DNA of 64,000 bases from Gemmatimonadota bacterium. Lineage in GTDB: Bacteria > JAAXHH01. The translations under genes were made by a program, and so were the position numbers. The notes beneath the pieces are model-generated. The model was given only the letters and a program-made list of their open reading frames with translations. It ran no database searches and was not told where the DNA came from. Positions 38,024-48,203 of this stretch are shown one piece after another; position 1 is the first letter of the stretch, and every line of letters begins with the position of its first letter. Location: the NCBI GenBank assembly GCA_009841265.1, contig VXMB01000009.1, positions 229,911 to 293,910 on the forward strand. The letters are read 5' to 3'.

Positions 38024-41000
38024 GGCGTATCTCCGAACTGGAATCTCTTCTGTCGTATAGGGGAAACATCGCCTTGCGCGGCCACGTGATTGCTCAGCGC
38101 TTCGAGAACGGACCTCTCGTCGGAACCGGCCTCGGACAGTTCAATAAGGGCTTGAAGGATCTGATTGAACAAGATGTTTCGTTGAAGGCCCTGCGTACTG
38201 AGATAGTCGTTGACCTTTACCTGGTCGCCTGCCCGCCACGTGTGCATGAGTCTGTGAATTTGGTCAATGAGTGGCGCGGGGCTGCCTCCCTGGCTTTCGC
38301 GGCCGAGATTCCGTCCCTGCCGCCGGTGCCAGGGCTTCAGCTTCACCTTGGCGCCGCCTCCGGTGTCAACAACCCCGGTTACGGTCTCATCCGCATCACT
38401 AGTCGGTTCGTCGCTTTCGGCCCCTTCATTTTCCGCCTCCTCGTCAGCCCCGTGCCTGCCGGTTCGGGTAAGGAGATCATGCTGATTCATCAGGGCCGTG
38501 TCGGATAGGTTGCAGGAGAGCGCGTAGAGGATGCACGCGCCAACAGGCGCCTCGTCCATGCCGAAATCATGGCGGTGCAGCAGGTAGTAGGTGGTCACAT
38601 CGTCGAGTCCGCTGATGGTATCTTCGCCATCGTGGGTCAGTACGCGACCGACGACGAAATCGACGACCATGCGCCGCACTTCGCGGAGGAATTCCGAGAC
38701 TGACATCAACTGGTCGGGGTCGTTCGCCTTCTTGATCGCCGGATGCTTGCTGAAGGCCTCCAGGGCCGGACCGGTCGCGGCCCAGACGAAATCCGGCCCT
38801 CGAATGCCGGCGTCCCAGAAATCGTGGAGTTGTCGGGAAATGTTACTCTTCATTTCGCCGAGAACAACATTATCCCAACCAGGACGGGCGGCGGAGCGTT
38901 TCTTACAGACTATCCAGATGGATGAAGCAAGGGCGGCGGAACTTACAGACCGCAACCGCACCTGTCTTTCAGTCTGGATGGGCCAAGAACCAGCAACGAC
39001 AAATCCAGCCCGAATAAGAGCTGCGACAAGGGTCTCCCATGCAGCCGGGCTCTTGCTTGCGAATACTATGACCATCCGCCCTTGTGGCCGGAGAGCATCA
39101 CAACATTTCTCGAAAGCATGAGCCATACCGTCTTCGTAATTTTGCTTGGAGAGGTTTCTGTTTCCACCAAAACGACTTGCATCATCAATCAACTCTCCGT
39201 TGCCAGCTTCGGCATCCCACTTCGGTCCGAGTTCTGATCTGAATGCGCCTTCTAGTCCACTCGAAACGCTGTGCATCAACCGGCGCAGCCAGACATAGAA
39301 AAAATCCATCAGATCAGAATACGGTATTGCATCGTAATAGGGAGGATCCGTGACAATGAGATCGTACTGCCCAATTTGCTCTTCGATTGCGGATTGCAGT
39401 TCGACGCATGGAACCGGCGCGTTTTTCACAGCACCTTGAAGGTGATCAAAAACTCTGGCCACCCACTCATTAGCACTCTCTAATCCACCGGTTGCTTTCG
39501 TGAACGGGCAGACCTCAGCGATATCCCATACGATTGGCAATGCAAACCGACTGAATTGTTGTCCCATATGTTCGTTGCTATTTACCCAGATACATCCACC
39601 ACTACCATAGGCCGTTTGTCGGTTCATGATACATGTAAGAAAGCCTATAATTGCTTCGGCGACGCCAGGGTCATGTATCGCTTCGAGTTCTGACTTCGCT
39701 TCAGTGATGGATTGGATAAGGGCGCATTGTGTCGCCAGTTGCCGATTCGTAAACAACTTCCGCCATGTGTTGAAACCATAGAGAGGTACACGGAATCCAA
39801 GCGCTTCCTTACTTGGAAGGGGATCGTTCGGCAATCCGAACGGGATTTCCGAGTATAACTCCTGAAGTCGTTCTTCGGATACTTCCGCCACTGCTCGTTC
39901 ATGTTCCGTGGGCAGCCGGTATTCTTTGCCATTCGGTCCGTCGACCACAACGGCCGTCATTACGGCATCCAATCGGCCGGCACGGCCCTCGAACCGGACA
40001 TCTTCCATGGTCGTGATCATACCGCAGGACGGGCACGTTGCCCCGGTGCGCGACATGGTACCTGCGCCGATGCGCTTGTCGTGTTCCCGTCGCTGGGCCA
40101 CGTTGCCTCCAACCTGCGGCACATCATTTTGCACGCTGAAAACGACACCATCCAAGTCGGTCCTGACTTTCATCGTCAACAACACCCGTTTACGGACCTT
40201 CTTGCACAACCAACGTGTTTTAAGCAGAGGCAACGTGGTTCTGCAGTACTTGCAGGTCACGGTCCGGGCCCAGAGGTAGGCGACCGTCGGTTTGGCTACC
40301 CACCTTGGATTACCCGGGTATTTCAGATACATCGAATCGAAATCGGCATTCAATGGGCCAACGTCCGTCATGCCGTCAGCGTTCGGTTCAAGCAGCAAGA
40401 GCCTCTCAGGGGGGCCGTTTGAGTTACCAAGCGGTTCTTGCAACTTCTCGTCCACGATAGGTGGGGGCCCATCAGTCGCTTCTCCGTCAAGCCGCGTCCA
40501 TTCGGCATAGGTCGGGTAGAACGAAGCCAGTCGCTTACGCGCTCTTGCCAGAACCCATCGGCCCCAGGCACGGGTGTGCCAGGCAAAATCTGCTTCGATC
40601 AGATGATCGTCTCTCGGCAGGGCGTCGATCTGGAGGCCAGTCTGATCACCCTGTTCAAACCGCTTTAGAAACCTCTTGAGGTGGACTCCCTTGAGCTCCT
40701 TTGACTTCAGGTACGCCTCCATGAACTCGCGGTCCTTCAGCGCGAATGCGGGCAACTGTCCGGTTTGACCGGACAGTCTTTGGGGGTATTCGAGGGTACA
40801 CTTAAGGATGAACCAGGCCACCGGATTGATGTCCATGGCCGTAACGTCACAACCCAGGCGCATGGCTTCAAGCGGTATGGCACCTCCGCCCGCGAAGGGA
40901 TCGAGCACTTTGGGCATCCGTCCGCCGTACGCCTTGCGGATCTCCGAGCGGAACCATTCGAGATTCGAGCCGTTCTCGCGTCCCCAATGGAGTATGCCTC

Positions 41001-41292
41001 CTTCGGTCTCCTCCTTCGTCTTTTCGACCACGCGGCCGTTCAGACTTTTCCGGTCGACGGACTCCACGACCCGGCCGGCCATGCGCTCAAGTATCGTCTT
41101 CCGTTCAACCGGATCGTCGGTGTCGGAGAGCAGCGTCGCGATAAGCGCGGCACGGCACGCCGCCAGCGGTCTCCTCGCCGGCCAGATGTGCAGCGTGGAG
41201 ATGTGACCATGCCGCACATTCTTCTCGTGTACCGAGTCGAGAGAAACCTGCTTCAGGGGAAAAGCAGCTTCTATGAGGCGTTTGTCGTGCAT
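38020..41292 (-). CDS. DUF1156-type DNA N6-adenine/N4-cytosine methyltransferase
   Basis: 1090 aa; N-terminal FPLKQVSLDSVHEKNVRHGHISTLHIWPARRPLAACRA (DUF1156 hallmark), SAM motif VLDPFAGGGAIPLEA, catalytic LIVTDPPYYDAIPY. Confidence 0.7.
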   Translation of the reverse strand: MHDKRLIEAAFPLKQVSLDSVHEKNVRHGHISTLHIWPARRPLAACRAALIATLLSDTDDPVERKTILERMAGRVVESVDRKSLNGRVVEKTKEETEGGILHWGRENGSNLEWFRSEIRKAYGGRMPKVLDPFAGGGAIPLEAMRLGCDVTAMDINPVAWFILKCTLEYPQRLSGQTGQLPAFALKDREFMEAYLKSKELKGVHLKRFLKRFEQGDQTGLQIDALPRDDHLIEADFAWHTRAWGRWVLARARKRLASFYPTYAEWTRLDGEATDGPPPIVDEKLQEPLGNSNGPPERLLLLEPNADGMTDVGPLNADFDSMYLKYPGNPRWVAKPTVAYLWARTVTCKYCRTTLPLLKTRWLCKKVRKRVLLTMKVRTDLDGVVFSVQNDVPQVGGNVAQRREHDKRIGAGTMSRTGATCPSCGMITTMEDVRFEGRAGRLDAVMTAVVVDGPNGKEYRLPTEHERAVAEVSEERLQELYSEIPFGLPNDPLPSKEALGFRVPLYGFNTWRKLFTNRQLATQCALIQSITEAKSELEAIHDPGVAEAIIGFLTCIMNRQTAYGSGGCIWVNSNEHMGQQFSRFALPIVWDIAEVCPFTKATGGLESANEWVARVFDHLQGAVKNAPVPCVELQSAIEEQIGQYDLIVTDPPYYDAIPYSDLMDFFYVWLRRLMHSVSSGLEGAFRSELGPKWDAEAGNGELIDDASRFGGNRNLSKQNYEDGMAHAFEKCCDALRPQGRMVIVFASKSPAAWETLVAALIRAGFVVAGSWPIQTERQVRLRSVSSAALASSIWIVCKKRSAARPGWDNVVLGEMKSNISRQLHDFWDAGIRGPDFVWAATGPALEAFSKHPAIKKANDPDQLMSVSEFLREVRRMVVDFVVGRVLTHDGEDTISGLDDVTTYYLLHRHDFGMDEAPVGACILYALSCNLSDTALMNQHDLLTRTGRHGADEEAENEGAESDEPTSDADETVTGVVDTGGGAKVKLKPWHRRQGRNLGRESQGGSPAPLIDQIHRLMHTWRAGDQVKVNDYLSTQGLQRNILFNQILQALIELSEAGSDERSVLEALSNHVAAQGDVSPIRQKRFQFGDTP

Positions 41293-41350
41293 CCCTGTTC
41301 TCCGTCTTCCTCTTGCTTAAAAACTACGTTAGTCAAAGAAGGATACTTAG

Positions 41351-43816
41351 TTAGCTCAATCGGGGTTTCTTCAATGGATTTGGCTGATAACTGAGACCTA
41401 GCGCGACGAACAGTTTTTCCCGTAGCCGGTAGTTGATTTCATGTGTGTTCGCATAGTGTTGTAGCCAGAGAGAAAGCAGTCTCTTGGGGACTGTGTTTCG
41501 ATTTCCTTCAAATTTACTAAATGTATCTGTAATCTGTTTAACGCTCTGTGTGCTAAGGCTTTCCGAAGTTTCCAATATGAACAATATACGGAGTAGGTCA
41601 TACGCTGGAGTGCCATTCTCTCGACACATGGCATCTACTACTTTTTGTAACTCTGGTTTACGAATGGAGATGAGGATCTTCCTTAACAAAGATCCTATGC
41701 TTACGAACACGAGAGTACGGATTTGCCTCCTTAAAAAGTTTTGTATCTTCTGCTTGTCGTCCTCTGGAATGTTAACGCTTTTTAGCTCTTCGATGAAATA
41801 TCCTTCGAAGCTCAGAATGGTATCGCGGTCAGTGACTATGTTGATTAAACGCAACCCGGCATCAGCAACGAAGGAAACGACTTCTTTGAGTTTTTCCCGA
41901 GGAAGGCTGCCATACTTGTTTCTCAGTATCTGACCCAAAATCTCCATGTTCTTCAATGCACGATAGAAATCATTTAGAGCATCCTCCTCAGAACCATCAT
42001 TGGGAGGTAGTTCTTCTAATTCGGCTTCGTTTTCGTCTCGCTGTTCTCTTTCTATTCTACGCTCTTCCTCAACCGGTCGATTAGACAGGATCCTCTCCGG
42101 GAGTTCTTCAAGTATACCTTCCAACAATCTGGTTTCATCTGTACTTAATGTAGCGGGTGAAATACTGTCGAATGCGTATGCGCTGTGTATCATGGTGTTG
42201 ATTAATTCATCGTTCTGCGTGTGATGAATCGTGAAAATCAGTATGTACGCATTATCATGTACATAACTCTTCCTGGCTAGCTCTTCAATCAGCCCTTTCT
42301 TTACTTCGTAGTTCCTCGCGAAGTAATGTCCGAGAAGAAAGTAGTAAATGAAAGGATGGTTGAACTCATAGCCGCCGCTGCGCATTCGGATTATTGAAGA
42401 ATCCTTCCTCATCAAACGATTAACGACACTGTCTTTGACGATAAAATCCTGCTGATAGCGTTTAAGGAATTGCTCATATTGATCCTGAGAGCATTTACTT
42501 TGATCAAATACCTCAAAGGCGAAGTGGCTGAGAAAATTCAGCGCAGAATCGATATCTTCTTTGCTTACTCCAATGTTGATGAGTTGGGCTGTAATCAGAG
42601 CTTGATAACAATGTCCGTAAGCGGTGATCTGTAAACTTTGGGGCATAAACGCTTCGAATGTTTGGAGAATAGATAAGATATAGAACGGATAACGTGGGAC
42701 AATTCTGTTATGGAGAATAATGGAATTCAGTTGATCTTCTATCTGGTCTATCTTCCCGTGGGTGATAGACAACTCTTGGTCTTTTGTGTTGCTTAGGCCG
42801 ATCCATTTCTTGATCAGGATCTCTTGATTAACATGCCCCAATGATCTTAAACTCAACAACTCGAAACCGGCAAGTCTGCCCTCGTCCTTGAAATAGACAA
42901 GAAAGTCATCCTCCGAGGTCACAATGAGAATGCGCTCGAAATAGTCCTTTGCGAAGTCAACAAAATTCAAATGCGAATTATGGCTAAAGTCATCAATGAT
43001 TAGCAGTTTTGCTGGTTTACCTTTCCAATGAGAGAAACTTCCATTGAACTGTTCTTTAAACACTTCCTTTATGAGTCGTTCGTGATTTATCGGGCTCCTG
43101 ATGTCATTACCCGATATGAGTATGGCCGGGATACCTTTGTCGATTTCACTAAGAAGCAGTTTGCGACAAAATACGGTTTTTCCACTCCGGTCATCTCCCT
43201 TCAGAACGAGACGCTTGTTCTTCTTCCATAAATCTTCAAACCCATTAACACCACGATCGCTGAATTCGGCTTTGACATTTGGGAAAACAAATAGATCATC
43301 CAGCCTTATATTCTCTTTATGTTGTGATATGAATTCAACTTGGGTTAAGTCATCCCTGAATTCTGTTTTTAGCCGGAAAGGTATGTGGGTTACGATCTTT
43401 CTGATATTCTCGTATATATCATGAAGTGCATCATCCTCATTTTCCCATTTGGTAATGGGCTTCCCGTCTGTCGGTATCGCAAGTAGGCCTGATATACCTT
43501 CGAGATCTTTCCAAGCGCAAGGTCGTGCGATTACTGGTACTACTACAAGGGCATCGTTCTTCGCTTTTAGGTCGAGCGCAATACGCAACTCCCTCATACA
43601 TTCGGGGGATGCGAGGAAATCAGGACTTAACACCAACAATATCAAGTCGGCCGTTTCCAGATTACTATCAACTTCGTCATGGATCGCTTGTCCCGGCAGT
43701 ATTTTCCGATCATACCATTCGTCGATAAGTCCCTCGGCTTTTAAAAGGGCAAGGTGCTTTTCAATCCCTTCGCGTAGATGATCGTCCTTATGTGAATAAC
43801 TATAAACAAGATTCAT
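41351..43816 (-). CDS. TIR-domain STAND/NACHT-like NTPase (Avs/bNACHT-like antiviral sensor)
   Basis: 821 aa; N-terminal TIR (VYSYSHKDD...DLILLVLSPDFLASPECMREL), Walker A GDDRSGKT, Walker B KLLIIDDF, helical C-terminus; markedly lower G+C than its flanks. Confidence 0.7.
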   Translation of the reverse strand: MNLVYSYSHKDDHLREGIEKHLALLKAEGLIDEWYDRKILPGQAIHDEVDSNLETADLILLVLSPDFLASPECMRELRIALDLKAKNDALVVVPVIARPCAWKDLEGISGLLAIPTDGKPITKWENEDDALHDIYENIRKIVTHIPFRLKTEFRDDLTQVEFISQHKENIRLDDLFVFPNVKAEFSDRGVNGFEDLWKKNKRLVLKGDDRSGKTVFCRKLLLSEIDKGIPAILISGNDIRSPINHERLIKEVFKEQFNGSFSHWKGKPAKLLIIDDFSHNSHLNFVDFAKDYFERILIVTSEDDFLVYFKDEGRLAGFELLSLRSLGHVNQEILIKKWIGLSNTKDQELSITHGKIDQIEDQLNSIILHNRIVPRYPFYILSILQTFEAFMPQSLQITAYGHCYQALITAQLINIGVSKEDIDSALNFLSHFAFEVFDQSKCSQDQYEQFLKRYQQDFIVKDSVVNRLMRKDSSIIRMRSGGYEFNHPFIYYFLLGHYFARNYEVKKGLIEELARKSYVHDNAYILIFTIHHTQNDELINTMIHSAYAFDSISPATLSTDETRLLEGILEELPERILSNRPVEEERRIEREQRDENEAELEELPPNDGSEEDALNDFYRALKNMEILGQILRNKYGSLPREKLKEVVSFVADAGLRLINIVTDRDTILSFEGYFIEELKSVNIPEDDKQKIQNFLRRQIRTLVFVSIGSLLRKILISIRKPELQKVVDAMCRENGTPAYDLLRILFILETSESLSTQSVKQITDTFSKFEGNRNTVPKRLLSLWLQHYANTHEINYRLREKLFVALGLSYQPNPLKKPRLS

Positions 43817-43957
43817 GACTTCTTACTCCTCATCAGTTTTAAGTGTTAAAAGGAGAATCTTCAGAATCCTATGTTAGGTTTTCAAACTACCGCCTATCTC
43901 ACCCCACATGTCCTTTATCGCTTGAACATTCAGCCAATGATCGTGTTTCCGGCCGCG

Positions 43958-44491
43958 CTACCAATTGAGTCGATTACTATAAGTATACTGCGACGGTTCG
44001 AATCGACCGTAATGCACAAACACGATTATCCTGACGCACCCGAAAACGATTTCGTGCAGAAACTCCACTCTAACCAAAGGCAGATTACGACTTAGAGGTT
44101 CTTCGATGAGGAAGTAACGCCAGTCGAAAGAACCATTGAAATCATCTTCTCGTTCGTTTGAATCGCCGTCCAGATTCGCTAAGAAGGCTTCCAGTGCATT
44201 GTATGGAAACCTTCCTCCAATCGACGCCTTGTAATCGTTATAGTTCTTGCGAAGCATTTCTTGGTCTTCCGGCTCAAGCAAATCTAAAAGGATAGTCAGA
44301 GTATATTTGCGTGGTACTGTCTTCCCGCGTACATACAGAAGCGCCTTAATTGACGATTCAACTAGGAAATAGCCAGCAACCACGTAACCCCATGCCTGCG
44401 CTACCTCGTGGCTAGGAATCAAATCAGGTTTCAAGGGACACTTCTCGTACTTTTCCTTCTCCTTTTTCAGGGCTGAATCCAGCCATTTCAT
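43958..44491 (-). CDS. hypothetical small protein (low-GC, co-located with the TIR-STAND gene)
   Basis: 177 aa; no motif recognised; same low-GC composition as the TIR gene. Confidence 0.35.
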   Translation of the reverse strand: MKWLDSALKKEKEKYEKCPLKPDLIPSHEVAQAWGYVVAGYFLVESSIKALLYVRGKTVPRKYTLTILLDLLEPEDQEMLRKNYNDYKASIGGRFPYNALEAFLANLDGDSNEREDDFNGSFDWRYFLIEEPLSRNLPLVRVEFLHEIVFGCVRIIVFVHYGRFEPSQYTYSNRLNW

Positions 44492-44531
44492 TATCCTTGG
44501 TGGGTTATTGAAACCAACTTTTGTTTCGCCA

Positions 44532-47500
44532 TCATGATAGCGTTCCGGCCTCTTCGGCGGCCTCCATGAGTACCGATGGAGTAATGGTGTAAGCTATCGA
44601 CTCCCGGTCGCGCATGATTAACCTGGCAAAGGGGTCGCGGATCCTGACTAGGCGTGGCCGGGGTGTGGCGCAGTCGAAGACGACATAAAGCCAATACCGG
44701 TCCCTGAGGTTACAGGCCTTCCACCATTCGTTTTCGCTCATTTCGATGGCGCCTGTACCTGCCCGGCCCTTGACTTCGATGGCCCGTTCTTCCCCGTCAA
44801 AGCTGGTACCTGCAGCACTAAGACCCGCTGGACGCCGCGACCTCAGGTCGAATCCCGGCCAGTCGGGCAGCCCTACCCGGCGTGCGAGTTCGGGCGTCGA
44901 AACGTCTTCCACCACGGCGCCGAAGCGTTCTTCATAGGCGGTGGCAACGTATACGGCGATGCGCTCGACGTCGGCGTCAAATTGCTCGACCACCTCCGTA
45001 TCCCGGGCCGGTACGACGAGGGCGTGTGCCAGGAGTTCCACCTCGCCCGCGCGGACGTTTTCCGCTTCTGCCTGCAATGTCGTCAGCCGTCGGTTGCGCA
45101 TCGCGGCTAAACTGCGCTGGTGAGCCTTTATCTCGGACAGGTCCGCCTGCGCACGCGGGTCGCCTTCGCGGGCCTTCCTGGAGACTCGGGCGCGGGTCTC
45201 CGCCAGTTCGGCGTTCCGGAGGTCGAATCCGTGGTTGATGAACTCGAGCCGACCGGGCAGATCGTCCAGTATCCGCTGACGGTGCGCTTGCTCGAGGTTT
45301 TCTGCGACTTCCTTTTGTGCGTAGGCGTTGGCCTCGGGCGCCATCCGATTGGCCAGTGCGGCGAGAGGGATCCGACTCGGCGGGAAACCCGGAGCGCCCC
45401 GCAACAGGAGAAGGTGCTCTACCGGCGATTCTTCGACCGTTCCATCTTTGGTCTGGCGCAGACCTACGAGGCGGGTTTCGACGTTCTTCGGATGCTCGCG
45501 GCCTTCTAACGTCTCCTCGTCGACCAGGACACCCGGGGTCGCATGCGGACGGTCCGAACGGTTATTGACTGTGACGAGTGCGAGATGGTAGAGATAGGGA
45601 TCCTCGACCTTCGGATCGACGAAGACAGCGCCCCGGAGTGCATCGTTGCCGAACCTGTTCAGGATGGAAGCCGCGAGCCGGTCATAGACCGGTTCACCGG
45701 GATGAAGCCAGATCGCTTCGGTTGCGTCATCGGGTTTGTATACGGTCAGCTTCTCTCGGGTTTCAGGCGGGTGGAGTTCCATCGCCGGCAGCAGCGGATC
45801 GAGTGCCCGGGGACGGTCCGGCAGGAAGGAAAAGAAACCGCCGGGGTCGCCTTCTATACGGAGACCTAGCAAAGGGGTCGCCTTCTCCACGAATCGACGG
45901 ACGTATCCCGGAAGGAGCCGACGGTAGTTTTCTTGTTCCGTCTCCTCGTTAAGCCGATCGAGGCTTTGGCGGACGTCGCCTCCTGCCCCGAAGAGTGCGC
46001 GTTCTCTTTCGCCTAGTGCCCGGACCTGTCCTTCGGTAAGTTTGCCTTCCAACTGTTGGACGGGGGCGTCCGGATCGCTCCCTGTAACGGCCTGTTCGAG
46101 ATAGTCCCTGAACGATACGCCCTCGAAGAGGCGTCCGATTACGTCGAATACTTTGTCTGAATCCAGTTCCCTGCGCATGGCTTCGAGCTTATCCAACAAC
46201 GTACTCATCACGCGCCCTTCCCGGGTTCTTCCAGCGACCATATTAACGATGACGACGGGATCGTGTTGCTGGCCATAGCGATGGATGCGGCCCATCCTCT
46301 GCTCGAGCCGAGCCGGGTTCCAGGGTATATCATAGTTGACCATCAGCCAGCAGAATTGGAGGTTGATGCCCTCGCCTGCGGCGTCGGTCGCCACCAGGTA
46401 ACCGGCCCCGCCCACGTCGGCGGTCTTCCTGAAGAAGGCGACCTGCTGTTCCCGCTCCCGGTACGGCATGCCGCCGTGGATTTGCGCCACCTGTCCGGTG
46501 AAGCCTAGTCCCTCCAACCGCCTGACCAGGAACGTGGCCGTATCGCGGTGCTCCGTGAAGATGATGAACTTCTCATCGACGTATTTCGAATCCCCGAGGA
46601 CCTGTCGAAGCGTTTCAAATTTGGATTCCCTGCCGGAATCGAAGAGTGCGCGCGCTTTGCGAAGGAGGCCGTCTACCTTCAGACGCTCTGCCTCCAGTTC
46701 GGCCAGGTTGGCCGCCACCGTTCCGCCCATCGCTCCGTCCTCGAAGTATTCGTGCTTCTCACTGCCGTCCCTCGTCGAAGTTTCTTCGTCGGCCGTATGC
46801 GTCTCGAAGACGTCGTCCAGTTCCCTGTCCAATTTGCGCTGGTTCCGTTGCAGTTGGTCTTCGGTCAGCCGCCCGGCCCGGATGTCCTGGATCAATCCTT
46901 CGAGCTTTTTTAATCGCCTCTCGAAAGAACGGAGGAGCGCATAGGTCGAACTGGCGAGACGGCGCTGGAAGACGCTCATCGCAAGGCGCACGGCTGATCG
47001 ATTCAGATATTGAGCGCGGTTGTAGTAGTCTCGAATGTAATCGCTCGTTTCGTCGTAGAGTTCCTGCTCGCCGCCAGGTACTTTGTCGAGTTCGTAACTC
47101 AGGGTATCGCATTGCCGCTGAGGATACAGGGGCGTTCCGTCGAAGCGGACCATCTCCTCTTTTGTGCGTCGGATGAAATGTCGCTGCCGGGCTTCGTTCG
47201 GGAATCTCTCGAAGGCATCCTGTGTCGACAGGGAATCCGGATCCAGCAAACGCCAGAGGCAATAGTAGGGAAAGTCCTTACCCATGTGCGGTGTCGCCGT
47301 CAGCAACAACAGGTGTCGGGTAGACCAGTACAGTTTCCAGGAGTCGTCGTGTGCCCCGGCCCCGGCCACCGTCTCTGCCAGTTTATAACGGTCTGTCTTC
47401 CTTATGCGCAGGTCCGGTTCCCGGTTGGCGGAGAGCTTGTGGGCTTCGTCGAAGACGACCAGGTCATACGGTTCGGTTGTAGTTTCCCGAAGCCGTCCGA

Positions 47501-48203
47501 ACGTCCGCTCGCCTGCCAGCGTGTCAATGCTGACGATGATCAGATCGCTCTCCGGACCAGTAAAGGGATTGCCGTCGCGCGCGTCGGCGCCCGTCAGGAT
47601 GTGGAACCGCAGCCGGAACAACTTGCTCATCTCTCTCTCCCAGTTCCCGACCAGTCCCGCGGGTGGTACGATTAGGATGCGGCGTATGAGCCGACGGGAC
47701 AGCATCTCGCGGATGTACAGCCCCGTCATAATTGTCTTGCCCGCACCTGCGTCGTCGGCCAGCAGGAATCGAAGCGGCTGCTGCTTGAGCATGTGCTCGT
47801 AGACAGCGATTCGTTGATGGGGAAGCGGATCTATGAGTGAAGTTTCCGTCGCGAAAGCCGTGTTGAAAAGGTGACCGTAAGCCAGGCGATGGGCTTCGGC
47901 GACAGCGGAAACCGCATTCGGGTCGGCGGAGAAATCCAGAGCGTGGTAGGCAGACGCGGACTCTTCCTCCGATACCTTCGGGACGCCAAGCAACTCCCGC
48001 CTCGACTGGTTGTCGAGTTCGACGATGCGCTGCCAGGCGAGGTTGTTGGGACGGGACTGTCCGTTCTCCCACCGGTTGACGGTGGCGAAGGAGACGCCGA
48101 CGAGGTCGGCGAATTGCTCTTGCGTAAGCCCCCTGACGTTCCTGGAGTCTTTGATCCTTCGTGAGTAGTCGTCTGGCACTACCGCTGATTCAACTGATGA
48201 CAT
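44532..48203 (-). CDS. HTH(XRE)-SNF2/DEAH-family helicase with C-terminal DUF3883-like domain
   Basis: 1223 aa; N-terminal HTH (LTQEQFADLVGVSFATVNRWENG), motif I LADDAGAGKT, motif II VVFDEAHKL, helicase-C motifs (TATPHMG, QRMGRIHRYGQ), C-terminal EWWKACNLRDRYWLYVV. Confidence 0.75.
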   Translation of the reverse strand: MSSVESAVVPDDYSRRIKDSRNVRGLTQEQFADLVGVSFATVNRWENGQSRPNNLAWQRIVELDNQSRRELLGVPKVSEEESASAYHALDFSADPNAVSAVAEAHRLAYGHLFNTAFATETSLIDPLPHQRIAVYEHMLKQQPLRFLLADDAGAGKTIMTGLYIREMLSRRLIRRILIVPPAGLVGNWEREMSKLFRLRFHILTGADARDGNPFTGPESDLIIVSIDTLAGERTFGRLRETTTEPYDLVVFDEAHKLSANREPDLRIRKTDRYKLAETVAGAGAHDDSWKLYWSTRHLLLLTATPHMGKDFPYYCLWRLLDPDSLSTQDAFERFPNEARQRHFIRRTKEEMVRFDGTPLYPQRQCDTLSYELDKVPGGEQELYDETSDYIRDYYNRAQYLNRSAVRLAMSVFQRRLASSTYALLRSFERRLKKLEGLIQDIRAGRLTEDQLQRNQRKLDRELDDVFETHTADEETSTRDGSEKHEYFEDGAMGGTVAANLAELEAERLKVDGLLRKARALFDSGRESKFETLRQVLGDSKYVDEKFIIFTEHRDTATFLVRRLEGLGFTGQVAQIHGGMPYREREQQVAFFRKTADVGGAGYLVATDAAGEGINLQFCWLMVNYDIPWNPARLEQRMGRIHRYGQQHDPVVIVNMVAGRTREGRVMSTLLDKLEAMRRELDSDKVFDVIGRLFEGVSFRDYLEQAVTGSDPDAPVQQLEGKLTEGQVRALGERERALFGAGGDVRQSLDRLNEETEQENYRRLLPGYVRRFVEKATPLLGLRIEGDPGGFFSFLPDRPRALDPLLPAMELHPPETREKLTVYKPDDATEAIWLHPGEPVYDRLAASILNRFGNDALRGAVFVDPKVEDPYLYHLALVTVNNRSDRPHATPGVLVDEETLEGREHPKNVETRLVGLRQTKDGTVEESPVEHLLLLRGAPGFPPSRIPLAALANRMAPEANAYAQKEVAENLEQAHRQRILDDLPGRLEFINHGFDLRNAELAETRARVSRKAREGDPRAQADLSEIKAHQRSLAAMRNRRLTTLQAEAENVRAGEVELLAHALVVPARDTEVVEQFDADVERIAVYVATAYEERFGAVVEDVSTPELARRVGLPDWPGFDLRSRRPAGLSAAGTSFDGEERAIEVKGRAGTGAIEMSENEWWKACNLRDRYWLYVVFDCATPRPRLVRIRDPFARLIMRDRESIAYTITPSVLMEAAEEAGTLS

